Source: Octopus vulgaris (lineage: Eukaryota). Taken from it: a stretch of 64,000 nt of DNA. This document shows, one piece after another, positions 28,463 through 41,715 of this stretch. The stretch covers positions 44,454,001 through 44,518,000 of the forward strand of contig OX597835.1 in assembly GCA_951406725.2 (NCBI GenBank). Reading direction: 5' to 3'. The stretch's first letter is position 1. The number at the start of each line of letters is the position of its first letter. The notes beneath the pieces are model-generated. The model was given only the letters and a program-made list of their open reading frames with translations. It had not been told where the DNA came from and ran no database searches. The position numbers were made by a program, and so were the translations under genes.

Positions 28463-29698
28463 ATTAGGTTTATCTTTGTGCTCTTCTTAATTTGTATTTC
28501 ATTTTATTTATCTATTCATCTATACATGGATATATATATATATATATATTTATTTATTTAATTATTTATTTTTGTTTATTTGGCACTTACTAACTTATAA
28601 TTAATTTAATTTAATTTATAATTAATGAACTTATATCTAAGTTAATAGTAACTTCTGTTTACTTTTTGTGTATGTATATATATGTCTTTGGATGGGCAGA
28701 CATATATTTTAATTTATGATTTAGTGGATGTGGGTTGAGGTGTCGAGGTGTGTAAAATGTGTATGTGTACGTATGTATGTTTTTGTACGTATAGGTATGT
28801 TCGTGGGTGGATGTACGGATGTATGTTTTTCCTATACATATGAGTACGCAGGTGCATATTTGGATATGTATATATGTATATGCAAATATTTATTCATGGG
28901 TATATATAAGTATAGGTTTTATTTGTACGTATGAGTGCGCAGACATATATTTAAATATGTATATATGTGTGTGCGAATGTTTCCCTGATACAGTATATGA
29001 GAGTGTATTAATATTTATGAGTATATGCGGATGTGCGTGTGAGTGTGTGTGTTAGTGTGTAGACACTGCTGCCTGTACTGATTTGTCTATAAGCCATGCG
29101 ATGACAGACATACACTCTGCAATCTAGTGAATGTGTAGGGATGTGTCAGGATGTATTCATGTGTGTTTGCATGTGTGTGTGGGTTTTTATGTGGACGTGT
29201 GGGTTTAGGGTTGGATGTGGATGTGTATGTTTTTCTTGTGCTGTGTGGTGGAGGTCAGGCGGCTCTCAACGGACCAACCATGTGGGAGACAATGATAATT
29301 TAAATTCAAATCCAATAGTGTATTTATGTCATAAGGAAAATTACTAACTTGAACCCGGACATACATATGTGCCACTTTGGATCCTAATGTAAGCGTTATT
29401 AATAATATTATGAATGGTAATAATGGTAGCATTAATGGTATTGACAACGATAATGATGCTAACTTTAATGACACTTTGGAAATTAGTAGGAAGTAATATA
29501 ATGTACTATTGACTATGTATATTTGCATCTAGGTACTAATATGTGTATGTTTATTATCACAATATTAAGTTGAAAAACTGAAACATTGAATATGGAACAT
29601 ATATATGTTTACTAATTTATATTATTTATTTACATTATTATGTATATGTATATTTTTATATGTATAGGAGTGTGAGTATATGCACTCATATGTATATG

Positions 29699-29831
29699 TA
29701 TATCTCCGAAGAGGCCTTATGATATTTTTGTAAATGTCTCATTTATATCTATATATTGACCTACCATAAAAGGCTAATATTGGTAAAATGAGACATATTT
29801 ATCTACATGGCCGAAACAGCTGTAAGATGTA
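29699..29831 (+). ncRNA. Type I hammerhead motif with extended stem II (core U4C)
   Basis: tatatct-CCGAAGA-ggcc...tgtctcattt/aaatgagaca...ggcc-GAAAC-AGCT-GTA-agatgta. Stem III is the palindrome ACAGCTGT. Confidence 0.72.
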
Positions 29832-30201
29832 ATCTATACTTATATTTATATTTACTTATATTTATATTCTCTTTTTTATATATATTCTACTTATTATACA
29901 ACATTACTCTTTTATGTACACTTTTTTATGTACATTCCTTTATGTACACTGATTTGTTCTGCTTTTTTATGTTTAACCCTACAGTCTCTTATGTGGTGGT
30001 TTAATAAATTATGTGATTGAGTATTATCTGGTAATTGATATTTGATTTAGATGTATTTCTCCATTTTCTTATCTTGTATATATATATATATATATATAAT
30101 ATAAAGAGGACACATAAGACAGCTAAAACAACCACGTGGATTCTGTTGAGACCAGTAAGAAACAATTATGAACTTTTTTATTACACTTAACTTTTTAAAA
30201 T

Positions 30202-30249
30202 ATTTTTGATAAGGTTCGTTTTTTCAAGAAGAACCGAAACATGTAAAAT
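30202..30249 (+). ncRNA. Degenerate hammerhead motif
   Basis: attt-TTGATAA-ggttc..gaacc-GAAAC-AT-GTA-aaat, in a ~200 bp insert between (TA)n. Confidence 0.5.
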
Positions 30250-30301
30250 TTCTAAGAAAATAAAAATTTATCTTATGTAGTGGCGTTTTCAAACTTCTTT
30301 T

Positions 30302-30346
<45 letters not shown>

Positions 30347-30348
<2 letters not shown>

Positions 30349-32107
30349 CGGGAAGCTTTATGAAAATAAACAAAAGACGAAGGCAGGTGGAAAACAAACG
30401 AACAATTGTATTAGTATGGCGCTCAGGAAATATAAATAAAACAAGTCTTTAACGTTTCGAGCCTACGCTCTTCAACAGAAAGATACACAGAGAGAGAAAA
30501 ACACAGAAAGAAGGAGAGAAAAAAATGCGTGCAGTAGCTAACGAATCAACATGGCGATCTGATTTCGGCCAGAGGTCAAAGATCAAACATGAGACGCGAG
30601 AGCGAAATAAGGGGAGATAATAGGGTTGATAAAAGGGTTGAGGGACCAGCTAAAAGTGCGTGGGAGGGGTCTGGATGTGTGTATGTATAGGGTTGGTGTA
30701 TGTATTAGTATGTATAAGGGTGTGTGTGTGTGTGTGTGTGTGTATGAGAGAGTATTAGTGCGTAAGATTGGTCTGGACGTGCGTATGTATGGGGTTGGTG
30801 TATGTATTAGTATGTATTAGTATGTATTAGTACGTATTGGTATGTATAGGTGTGTGTGTGTGTGTGAGAGAGAGTATAAGTGCGTATGCGGGGTCTGGAC
30901 GTGTGTATGTATAGGGTTGGTGTAAGTATTAGTATGTACTAGTATGTATTAGTACGTATTAGTATGTATTAGTTGGTGTGTGTATTAGTATGGCACATCA
31001 TATGTGATGTGATGTGATGTGTAAAGTCATGTGGTGTAGTGAGGAGAAGAGGGGGAGGGGAGAAGAGGGGGAGAGAAGGGGAGGGGAAGAAGAGGGGGAG
31101 GAGAAGGGGGAGAGGAGAGGATGGGGGAGAAGGAAGGGGATGAGGGGGATGAAGGAGGAAAGAGGGAGAGGGGGAGAGAGAAGGGGAGAGAGGGAGTGAG
31201 GGAGCAGAGGGAAGGGGAAGAGGGAGGGAGAAAGAGGGAAGAAGGGAAGGGGAGTAGGGGTGAAAGGATGAAGGACTGAAGAAGTAGGGGTCGGGGGGAG
31301 AAAGGATAGGTGAGGAGGGGGAAAGGGGGGTTAGATGAGGAGGGGGGAGAGTTGAGACCAAATGGCGTATAAGAGCGAAGAGAGAAGATTAATTCCTGTT
31401 CACGGCGCAAACGGGAATCCGGATGGCCTCTGTGTAAGGACAAACCGAACACAGATAGGTGTTGCAAGGAGTGACCGGTGGAGCGGAAATGGCGTGAGAC
31501 CGGTGTGTCGTTCGCAAGGTGGATGTCACGAAGGTGTTCCGCGAACCGGTCAGCCAAGCGGCGTCCCGTTTGTCCGATGTACAAGGAATTGCAGAGAGAG
31601 CAAGAGATGCAATAGATAATATTGCTGGAGGTGCAGGTGAAGGAGTGGATGATGGGATAGGGTCGATGGTGGGTGCTAGTGAGGCGGGTGGTGTTGGAGA
31701 GGTAAGGGCAAGTGCGGCAACGTGGGCGGGAGCAGGGGAACGAGCCGGGTTGGGAGGTAGGGTCAGGGAAGGAGCTATGGACCAAAAGGTCTCGAAGGTT
31801 GTGGGCTCGTTTGAAAGAGGGGAGGGGTCGGTTAGGGAAGAGGTGTGAAGTGGACGGGTCGGACTGGAGATGACGGAAAGCTCGAAGAATGGTGCGTTGG
31901 AGACGTAGGGTCGTGGGGTGGTAAGTGAGGGGAAAAGGGAGGCGGGAGACTACAGGGCGGGTTCGGGGAGAGAGAGCAGATACACGGTCCACGGACCGTG
32001 CTCTGGCAAGGGCGGTGTGGATAGTGGTGAGGGGGTATCCACGTAGGGTGAAGTGGTGAGCCATACGTTGAGACTGAGTCTCAAAGTCATGGTCGTCACT
32101 ACAGTCG
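30347..32107 (-). mobile_element. Penelope-like element (Neptune-like), 5'-truncated, thumb + GIY-YIG with 3' tail
   Basis: RGYP..LPFPLTYHP..CSRPRCRTC..FTCTSSNIIYCISCSLCNSLYIGQTGRRLADRFAEH..PVSRHF..RLRREQELIFSL..PFGLN. The tail is pyrimidine-rich with minisatellites and a minimal hammerhead-like motif at 30446-30480. (TA)n lies on both sides. Confidence 0.93.
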
Positions 32108-33079
32108 TATATATATATATACGCACTCATATGCGCACGCATGTGTGAGTGTGTGCGTGTGCATTAATCATTTTATTTGTTTCTGTCATTAGACTGCGGT
32201 TATACTGGAACACTCCCTTGACGTATTTAGTCGAACGAATAGACTCCAGTACTAATTTTTTAAAGCCTGGTACTTAATTAGTTTTCTTTACCGAACCGCT
32301 GAGTTATGGGGCATGTAGGGAAAGCAACACCGGGGGCGGATGGCAAACACACGCTTACACACACATATGCATTTATGCTATGTGTGTGTGCACGACTGAA
32401 TTCTTTCTGCTTCCGTTTACCAGATCCACTCACAAGGTCTTGCTCGACCCATGACTTTAGTCGGAGACACCTGCCCAAGATTTCACGCCGTGGTATTCAA
32501 CTAGGAACTAAAACCTCCTACCCCAAAGCCTCGGCCGCCCCTATATGAATATTTGTGTATGCATGTATGCATGGTTGTCTGTATTTGAGTGCACTTTTCC
32601 GATTACTAACTCTGTAGGATTACTGTATCCAGAACGAAACCACAAACACACAAAATATGCTCTTTTATGTTCAGACTTTGAAGTTATCAATTTCTATATT
32701 ATCAGGAATCAAGTTCCATCGTTCTACATCTGTGACCTGAACATTGATTCTCTACTTAACACTAAATATATTGAAGTTACAGATTTAGTTCCAGCACAAT
32801 GGTTCGGGATCAATGTTTTTGACGAGGTAATTCGCCAGACATATTCACACATGGACACACATACATACACAAGTTACTACGTACAGAAGTATAGTATGCA
32901 TTCCCTTACGTAACACGCATACAGAAACATATGCTTACACACATGTATATTCCTACATATCAATTTACATACACATCGTATTGGTTATACGACGAACATT
33001 ATATCATATACATATAGATGTTAGATGTATACGTAAATGTTTATAAACATATATACATATACACAAACATATGCATACA

Positions 33080-33125
<46 letters not shown>

Positions 33126-33814
33126 CATATAGTTATATATTTATGTATGCATATCACACAACATATCTATACATTCATAAATATGAGCATAAAAATGTTT
33201 ATGAAATCCATACATCCACATAACTTAGCTAATATTAATTAATTTGCTTGTGTTAGCATTTTTGCAATGTGCATATGCAGTGAAATCTATTAATTATTTA
33301 TTAGGTAGTTATTATGTTAATAGTAATTAGATTTTTGTTTTATTAAATAACGTTCCTGTAATTATTGCAATTGCTTGCATAAATCAAATAACAAGGACTT
33401 AACCGATGTAAATTCATTTCAATAAAATTGTCACACTCCTCGTTAAAATCAATATCATAATGCTGTTTCGTATAAATCGCTGTTTATCATATATACATAG
33501 AAATATAGACATACACACACGTGTGCACAGACAGACGGACACACGCTCGAACACACTCATGTACACACACATACTATGACACACACACACACACACACCC
33601 AGACACTCTCATACACACACAATCAAAAGCACACATGCATATACACATACCCTCAGACACACAAATACACAAATTCGCACACATACATATAGAACCCCCT
33701 CCCCCCACAGAAACACGCACACACACTCGCCCACATTCCTATACACAGAAACACACTGGCACACATACACGCACACATTCATACACACAGAAAATCACAC
33801 CCACGTACGCCTAA

Positions 33815-34331
33815 TTCTCCGAAGGTTTTGGGATAGGGTCATCAGACACGACCTTCGAAGTTCCTATCAAAAGCAGTCATCATGATTCATTTCGGATGGG
33901 TACCCAAGTGTGAGAAAGAAATAGAATCTGCGGATATTAGTTTCAAATTTTGGCACAAGGCCAGCCGTTGTGGGACAGAGTATAAATCAATTACATCGAA
34001 CCCAGAGCGCAGCTGGTAGTTATTTCATCGAGCCCGAAATAATGAAAGTCAAACTCAACCGCGGCAGCATTTGAACACAGAAACTAAAACCGAATAAAAT
34101 GCCGCTAAGCATTTTGCCCAAGCATCATGTTCTTGGTCAAACCCGTTGTTCCCCTACTGTCCAAACTTTGCGACATTCTCATTCAACCGTAGAACTGGAG
34201 TTACGGCTTCTGAATGCGGGCTGATAAGGATTAGGATGTATATGATGGAATTGGTGGTGGCTTTGGCGGTGGTAATCATTAAGCTGATGATAATTACCAT
34301 CATCATAATCATCATCATCGTCATCATCATC

Positions 34332-34387
<56 letters not shown>

Positions 34388-34563
34388 TATCATCATCATC
34401 ATCATAATCCTCCTCCTCCTCCTCCTCCTCCTCCTCTAGGAAAGACTACCTCCTCTGCTTCCTCCTCCTCATAACTACTATCAACCCCATCGTGGCCGTG
34501 GTCGTGGCCGTGGTCGTGGCCGTGGTCGTGGCCGTGATCATCATCATCATCATTATCATCATC

Positions 34564-34597
<34 letters not shown>

Positions 34598-35060
34598 CAA
34601 TCATCATCATCATCATTTATATTACTGTCATCAACATCAGAACAACAAACATAAACAATCATCTCAACCATCACCGTCACTATTATTTCCATCATTATCA
34701 TCATCATCATCAACGCCGTCGTCGTCATCATTTTAATCATCATCATCGTCATCGTTATCATATGGAAAGATTACCTGATTACCGTATCACGCTTCCTGTC
34801 ATAAAAAAGTATCCCGAGAGATTCTAAGGAACCACATTTCGCCCACTTGTATTCGCGATAATACACTTTCGGTTATTAACCTTTATTCACGACCATAGGT
34901 GAGGATAGGCTCGAAATCCGAACTGAAATTAGCAAAGTTTGGCTTTGCATACCAGCATCTTCCCATCGCTTCTGAGGATCGAACGCTGTAGCTGGCGCAT
35001 TACTGTGCCACATCTTTCAGTTTTAGCATCCAATTAAGCTTCCTGATTCACTATTCGTAA
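33815..35060 (-). pseudogene. RTE-clade LINE relic split by a SINE and a low-complexity insertion
   Basis: VMRQLQRSIL..KAKL..FEPILTYGRE*..SRIQVGEMWFLRI (34770-35050) resumes as RIQKP*LQFYG (34120-34220), with the 3' end at 33815-33930. Confidence 0.75.
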
Positions 35061-35390
35061 ATGTGGATCGGAGACTTAGATACAGTCACTCCTATTTGTT
35101 TCTTATTTCTTCATATTCTTTTCCTTTTAAAACGTGTTTTTGCAACGTGCTTTTTCGTAAGCTCTACTCCAAAAACGATTTCCGGTTGGTATGTTGCCCT
35201 TAGGCTTCACTAATGAAGACTTAGACTTCATGAACTTCATCATCATCATCTTCCTCGTCGACCTGCAAGGCGCTTCCATGGGAAATAGCATTTTGTAGTG
35301 TTTCGATTAAAGCAAACCATTCTCCATTTGTATTAGTGTCCACTCTACGAACCACAATGTGGCGCATGGTAAAGACACACCGATACATGA

Positions 35391-35447
35391 TGACTCATGA
35401 CTCATGACTCACGATTCATGACTCATGACTCATGACATGATGACTCA
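35391..35447 (+). repeat. (TGACTCA)n heptamer array = six perfect AP-1 consensus sites
   Basis: TGACTCA occurs at 35391, 35398, 35405, 35419, 35426 and 35441. Confidence 0.85.
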
Positions 35448-35995
35448 TGTCCTCAAAGGTTTACCATTAGAACGCAAATAGCAACAATAATATCAATAGT
35501 CATCCTATCGGACGTTCAGAGACTCTGAATCGTATAATGATTGGTTTTAAATTTTGTCACAAGGCCTGCAAATTTGAGGGAAGGGGCAAATTTATTGCAC
35601 CAAATCCCGAAAGAATGAGAAGCAAAACCTTCCTCGGCGGAATTAGAATTCAGAATGTAAAGACGGACAAAATACCGCTAAGCATTTTATTCCGGCATGC
35701 TAAATATTCTGCCAGCTCGCTGCCTTACAAACTAGAGATATCAATCGGTGCACATGTTTGTGCGTGTCATTGAACACAGTCGATCGATCCGCTGTTAATA
35801 TCTGATGTATCGTCCTCAAATCACATCCTATAGTGTTATAGTGTCAATATAGTAAAATGTAATGGTTGGATATATAATCAAAAGTGGTGGCCACAGACGG
35901 AAAACTTTTTACCGTGGGTCTTTTCGAGAGATCGTCTTGATCAATGTAGGCCTGGGCTTAAGCAGCATCAACGACAGAAAACAACGTCGTCGTCG

Positions 35996-36029
<34 letters not shown>

Positions 36030-36316
36030 TATCATCATCATCAATAATAACAAGAACAAAACAACAACACTGTCAACAACAGTACCCACTACAACGACAA
36101 TATACCGTTCATAGAATTTCGATTCTGGCTTCTAAGAGTTCAATCTTTGTTGAAGTAACAATGAATAATTAACACATCTTAATGAAGTCATCTCATTATA
36201 TATTCCACTTCGTAATAAGTCTTGCTAACATCCTCTTTGCTATGACGACAGTGATGATGATGATGGTAGTGGTGAAGATAAGGAGATTGATATGTATGAT
36301 AACGATGATGATGATT

Positions 36317-36355
<39 letters not shown>

Positions 36356-37446
36356 GTGATGATGATTATGAAGATGATGATTATGATGATGGTAATTATC
36401 ATCAGCTTAATGATTACCACCGCCACAGCCACCACCAATTCCATTCATATACGTCCTAATCCTTATCATCACTATAACCGTTATTGACGTCGTCGTCATC
36501 ATCATCATCATCATCATCATCATCTTCATCATCATTAATATCCTCATCATCAACATCATCAATATCATGATCATTGACATCATCATGGTCGTCGTCATGG
36601 TTGTCGTCCTAGTTGTCATCATCAGCATCATCATCATCATTCTCCTCGTCGTCGTGATCATCATCATCATCAACAGCATCAACTTCATCCTCTTACTCCC
36701 CTCCTCTCCTCTTTCTTCTCATCTCCTCCCTCCTCCTTCTCTTTTTCTTCTTCCTCCTCTTCCTCCTTCTCCTCATTTCCAATATCATTATGAGCCATCG
36801 TAAGAATATTCATTTTTATTTCGTCTTCCTACCTCAACAGTTTCATCCTTAGCTGAAGACGACGACGACGACGACGATGACCACCACCACCACCACCACC
36901 ACCAGAACAAGATCATCCACCACTATCATTGCCACCACTCCCTCCTCTTTTTCCATATATTCCTCCCCCCTTCCCCACCGCTTCCCCTCTATTATCCTTC
37001 CACTTAAATCGAACTGTTGTTAACTGATTCACCCTTCGTTCAACTTCCGGTATCTATAAAGTCAAGACACATTGCTTTCAATAGATTCAGATTCCAGCAG
37101 ACCACCTCTTCCACACACACACACACACACACACACACAACGCATACACACATCACACACATTACTCTCTCTGTGTCTTTCTCTGTCACACACACACACA
37201 TAATTGTACGCATATACACATTTACATTCACGCATTTATACAAACACATATTTAACAAAATTTGACCTTTGTGCCTTTCCGACTGACTATCAATATTACC
37301 ATGGTTACCATCCCCTACCTTCTGTCGTTCTACTTCCCCACCTTCCTCCTTCTCTGCCTCCTCCTCCTCCTCATTACCGTAACCTTTTCGCCTGTTTGTC
37401 TTCCTCATCAATATCATAATTGTCGTCACCACAGCTAAAAGCAGTC

Positions 37447-37495
<49 letters not shown>

Positions 37496-38373
37496 GAGCA
37501 CCTCTTATTATCACTACGTCGACCATCACCGCGACGACCATCAACACCATCCTCACCACCACTACAACCATCGCCGCTACCATCACCACCACCATCATCA
37601 TCATCGCCACCACCACCTTTACCACCACCATCACTATCACCACCACTATCACCACCACTATCACCACCACCATCATCATCATCGCCACCACCACCACTAT
37701 CACCACCACCATCACCACCACCACTACCAACGCCACAACATCAAGGCTACCGATACCAGCATTAACAGCACTAGCACCGCCACCAAAAACAACAACGACA
37801 CTACCAATACCACCACCACCATTATACGATCATCAGTAGAACCACCACTAATTACAGCATAGATAATCGTGCGACCATCGTGCCACCATCCTTTCATCCG
37901 TACCACTACTGTAATGTCTTCCATACAAAATATGCCAATCGCAATAACCTACGCTCGTACATTTCCATGTGACCACCACACCTATGCATGGACACGTTCG
38001 AAGCATTTCGTTGTAATCATATACGAAGATACATAGGAGGCGGCAAAACACACACCTACGCCATCTTAGAACTAAACAAACGTAAGAGAGCAGCCAGACA
38101 CACAGACATCTGGCTTCCATACAAACACATACTCAAACACGAAGAAATACACCCATGCAGAGACGCGCCCGCACGCGGACAAAGACACATGCAACGAACA
38201 CGAACATAAACGCAAACAAGAACACATAGACGCACGCGCAGACCCACCCAAACTCTTTACCGGAAGTTATCTGCTAAACCAGATGTCAATAAAAGATCTG
38301 GAGATATTATCTCAACTGTTGATTCAAAAATTGGAATTTTACTGATTATTCATTGAATATTAATTATTGTGAA

Positions 38374-38409
<36 letters not shown>

Positions 38410-38485
38410 ATCATTATTATTGATGTTATTATTATTAATATTAATATCATTATTATTTTCATTATTTTGTTGTCATAATTATTAC

Positions 38486-38531
<46 letters not shown>

Positions 38532-38559
38532 TTCATTATTTTGTTGTCATAATTATTAC

Positions 38560-38611
<52 letters not shown>

Positions 38612-38675
38612 TTTTTTTTTTCATTATTATTATTATTATTATTACTATTATTATCATTATTATTATTATTATTAC

Positions 38676-38735
<60 letters not shown>

Positions 38736-39576
38736 CATTAATATTGTTATTTTTGTAATTATTGCCGTTGTCCATGTTTTTATTGATATTCCTATAATTT
38801 CCAAAATTGTTGTTGTTGTTGTTGTTGTTTTTGTTGTTGTTTTTGTTGTTGTTGTTTTTGTTGTTGTTGTTGTTGTTTTTGTTGTTGTTGTTGTTGTTGT
38901 TCTTCTTCTTCTTCTTCTTCTTCTTATCAACAAAGCATTATGTTGTGAGCCTGCCTCTGTGTTTATAAATATGCGATCGCATATCACATTTTATTGGCTT
39001 GTATATGTACTTGTGTACCAATGAATAGTTATGTTTGTGTGGTTTTTATTGTTATTTAACCGTAGGCCAGTTATAACGAAATATAACAAAGCAAACTGAA
39101 ATCACCAATAACTAAAGACAATCCATCTCGGTTTTAGCAACCAAGATATTATATCTCTTTATCATGTGACGTAGTTTTGTCATATATGTGAAGATCGTGT
39201 GTGACATGGTGGAGATTTGGTAATTATTTATAACTGAGCTAGTGGACGCAGCTGTTGTTTAGCCCAAGGTCAGCACTGAACGAGCACACTAATATAGCCC
39301 TTGGCATTACAGCTGCGACAGTCAATATAACTATAATTACATTGTAAAATGTGTCATATTGTGAAGGAATAAATGCGTTATCTGAGGAATTTCGCCTGAT
39401 TTTTCTAACATTTCCGGTAACCCTATCGATTCTTCCTTTATTTGTGTGTTTGTACATGCGTATAAGTGAATGTTTAGCAGGATTTCTTCCAGTCTTTTAT
39501 GTACTGACTTCAAATCTCTTTAAGATCAGCTTTGCGTTACGTCCCTCGGATTTAATAAAATAATCCCTTCTACTTG

Positions 39577-39775
39577 GAAGCACAAGGTCTCAAATTTGGG
39601 GGAAGGGATTAAGTCGATTACATCAACCCCAGTGCATAACTGGTAATTATTTAATCGACCCCGAAAGGATGAAAGGCAAAGTCGACCTCGGCGGAATTTG
39701 AACTCAGACGTAACGGCAGACAAAATACCTAAACATTTCGCCCGGCGTGCTAACCATTCGGCCATTTCGCCGCCT
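39577..39775 (-). mobile_element. Nin-domain-like tRNA SINE; other copies ~33940, ~35538, ~51943 (-) and ~58521, ~58731, ~63586 (+)
   Basis: aggcggcga..tggc.gaa..gttagcacgccgggcg...gagttcaaattccgccgaggtcgactttgcctttcatcctttcggggtcga. Confidence 0.85.
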
Positions 39776-40689
39776 TGGTTTTGATAAAATAATGTGATTG
39801 TCAAATAATGGGAGTGCTGTAAACGACTTGTAGCCTCTGCTTATGGTTTTCTCCCTCAAAACTGTTGATGCTGGCGATGCATAGCTAAAGAGCCGTTCGA
39901 TGAACACACGAATATAAATTAACGCGAAACTCGAAAATAATTACAAATTTCGACATGTTCGATTCTGCCCCGTTCAGGTGGAATGTTGTGATCATACGCC
40001 ATGGAAACCGGTTAGACGGTCTGACGAGCTCCAGATCTCAAGAAAACAAAAGAAACAACAAAACAAAACAAGAGTGATTGTAATTGTTTCTTTGTTTGCA
40101 AGCGTGTGTAAATAGCTGTTCTGTTAATATTGTTCGTGTGGATTAGGCGTGGTTGTTTGATAATGTTTTCACGTTCGAATAAACATGTATTGTTGAACCT
40201 TTACGATTTTGTCAATATCATTCCAATCTTCGAGCTCGCCTGCTTTAATTTGGGGATTAATTGGTGTAGGTCATCCGTAAAGTGGTGTGTGTTGTGCAGA
40301 GTCGATTGAGCGTCGGATAAAATGTTTCGTAGTATTCTTTACATGTTCGTACTCTGAGCCCAAATGTCGCAGACGACCACTTAGCCTTTCATCCCATCAA
40401 TCCAATCCAACTAGCGTGTGTATGTGTCAAGCGGGTATGAGTGTGTGTGTGTGTGTGTGGAGTGGATGTGTGCGTGTGAATTTTTGTCAATAAAGATTTA
40501 ATTTTTCTAAAGACTAAGTAGAAGTTTGTGTGTACGTAACTAAAGGCTCAAACGTGTTAAACATATTTGTAAAAGACAGTTCTATACTTAAGAGATGAGG
40601 AATTATCTACATTATTTACATTATTCACATTATTTACATTTGCCGGATATATGTTATCTTGTTTGTTAACCGCTACGCCATATGCCCAC

Positions 40690-40762
40690 GGGCATATGGC
40701 GTAGCGGTTAAGAGCACGGATTACAAACCCCAAGATACCGAGTTCGATTCCAGGCAGTGACC
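40690..40762 (+). mobile_element. tRNA-derived repeat head (pseudo-tRNA) with its 5' 22 nt duplicated in inverted orientation
   Basis: A box tggcgtagcgg and B box gagttcgattcc are present, but the anticodon and acceptor arms do not pair properly. Confidence 0.65.
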
Positions 40763-40836
40763 TGAATAATAATTATTATTAGTGATAATTAGTGATATAT
40801 AATGTTATAGTTGTTCAACTGATATATATGTATAGG

Positions 40837-41122
40837 AGCACTCCGTCGGTTACGACGACGAGGGTTCCAGTTGATCCGATCAACGGAACAGCCTGCTCAT
40901 GAAATTAACTTGCAAGTGGCTGAGTAATCCACAGACTCGTGTACCCTTAACGTAGTTCACAGGGAGATTCAGCGTTACACAGAGTGTGACAAGGCTGGCC
41001 CCTTTGAAATGCAAATACAACTTAGTTTTGCCAGCTGAGTGGATTGGAGCAGCGTGAAAGTGTCTTGCCCAAGGACACAACGCGTCGCCGGGAATTGAAC
41101 TCACGACCGTACGATCGTGAGT
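40837..41122 (-). mobile_element. tRNA-derived SINE (OR-like body); degenerate copies ~57870-58170 and ~62995-63295
   Basis: B box gagttcaattccc. The 3' body is shared with 41380-41562. Confidence 0.8.
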
Positions 41123-41178
41123 GTATTGCCTTAATATATATGTACACATCAACAATATTAACGGTCTTAGGAGACAGT

Positions 41179-41562
41179 GGAGGCGCAATGGCCCAGTGGT
41201 TAGGGCAGCGGACTCGCGGTCATAGGATCGCGGTTTCGATTCCCAGACCGGGCGTTGTGAGTGTTTATTGAGCGAAAACACCTAAAAAAGCTCCACGACG
41301 CTCCGGCAGGAGATGGTGGTTATCCCTGCTGTACTCTGTCACCACAACTTTCTCTCACTCTTACTTCCTGCTTCTGTTGTACCTGTATTTCAAAGGGCCG
41401 GCCTTGTCACTCTCTGTGTCACGCTGAATATCCCCGAGAACTACGTTAAGGGTACACGTGTCGGTGGAGTGCTCAGCCAATTACACGTTAATTTCACGAG
41501 CAGGCTGTTCCGTTGATTCGGATCAACCGGAACCCTCGTCGTCGTAACCGACGGAGTGCTTC
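41179..41562 (+). mobile_element. Full-length tRNA-Arg-derived SINE (OR-like)
   Basis: Head ggaggcgcaatggcccagtggttagggcagcggactcgcggtc...ggtttcgattccc. Confidence 0.85.
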
Positions 41563-41715
41563 CACTTAGGAGCCAAAACAGCAAGTACACACACGTATAC
41601 GCACACATATATATAAACGCGCGCGCGCTCGCACCCGCACAGACCAGATTTTTAAAAATTAAACAGAAGCTGACTATTTGAGAATTTGTTCCTTCTCTCG
41701 CATTTCCCGCCTGTG

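Noticed and set aside
30650-30990. Regularly spaced repeats resembling a CRISPR array
   Set aside because: These are eukaryotic minisatellites (tagtatgtat and ~115 bp units) in a PLE tail, with no unique spacers or cas genes.
33230-33480. TAAT-rich unique island as a homeodomain enhancer (similar at ~45030 and ~56400)
   Set aside because: Such motifs are expected by chance at this AT content and cannot be supported without conservation data.
34770-35050. Apparent minus-strand exon with CAG|GTAA donor
   Set aside because: It translates as stop-riddled RTE LINE RT, not a host exon.
40000-40040. GAAACCGGTT...CTGACGA as a type II hammerhead
   Set aside because: There is no room for stem I and no stem II partner. 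It matches the SINE tail seen at 41940-42010.
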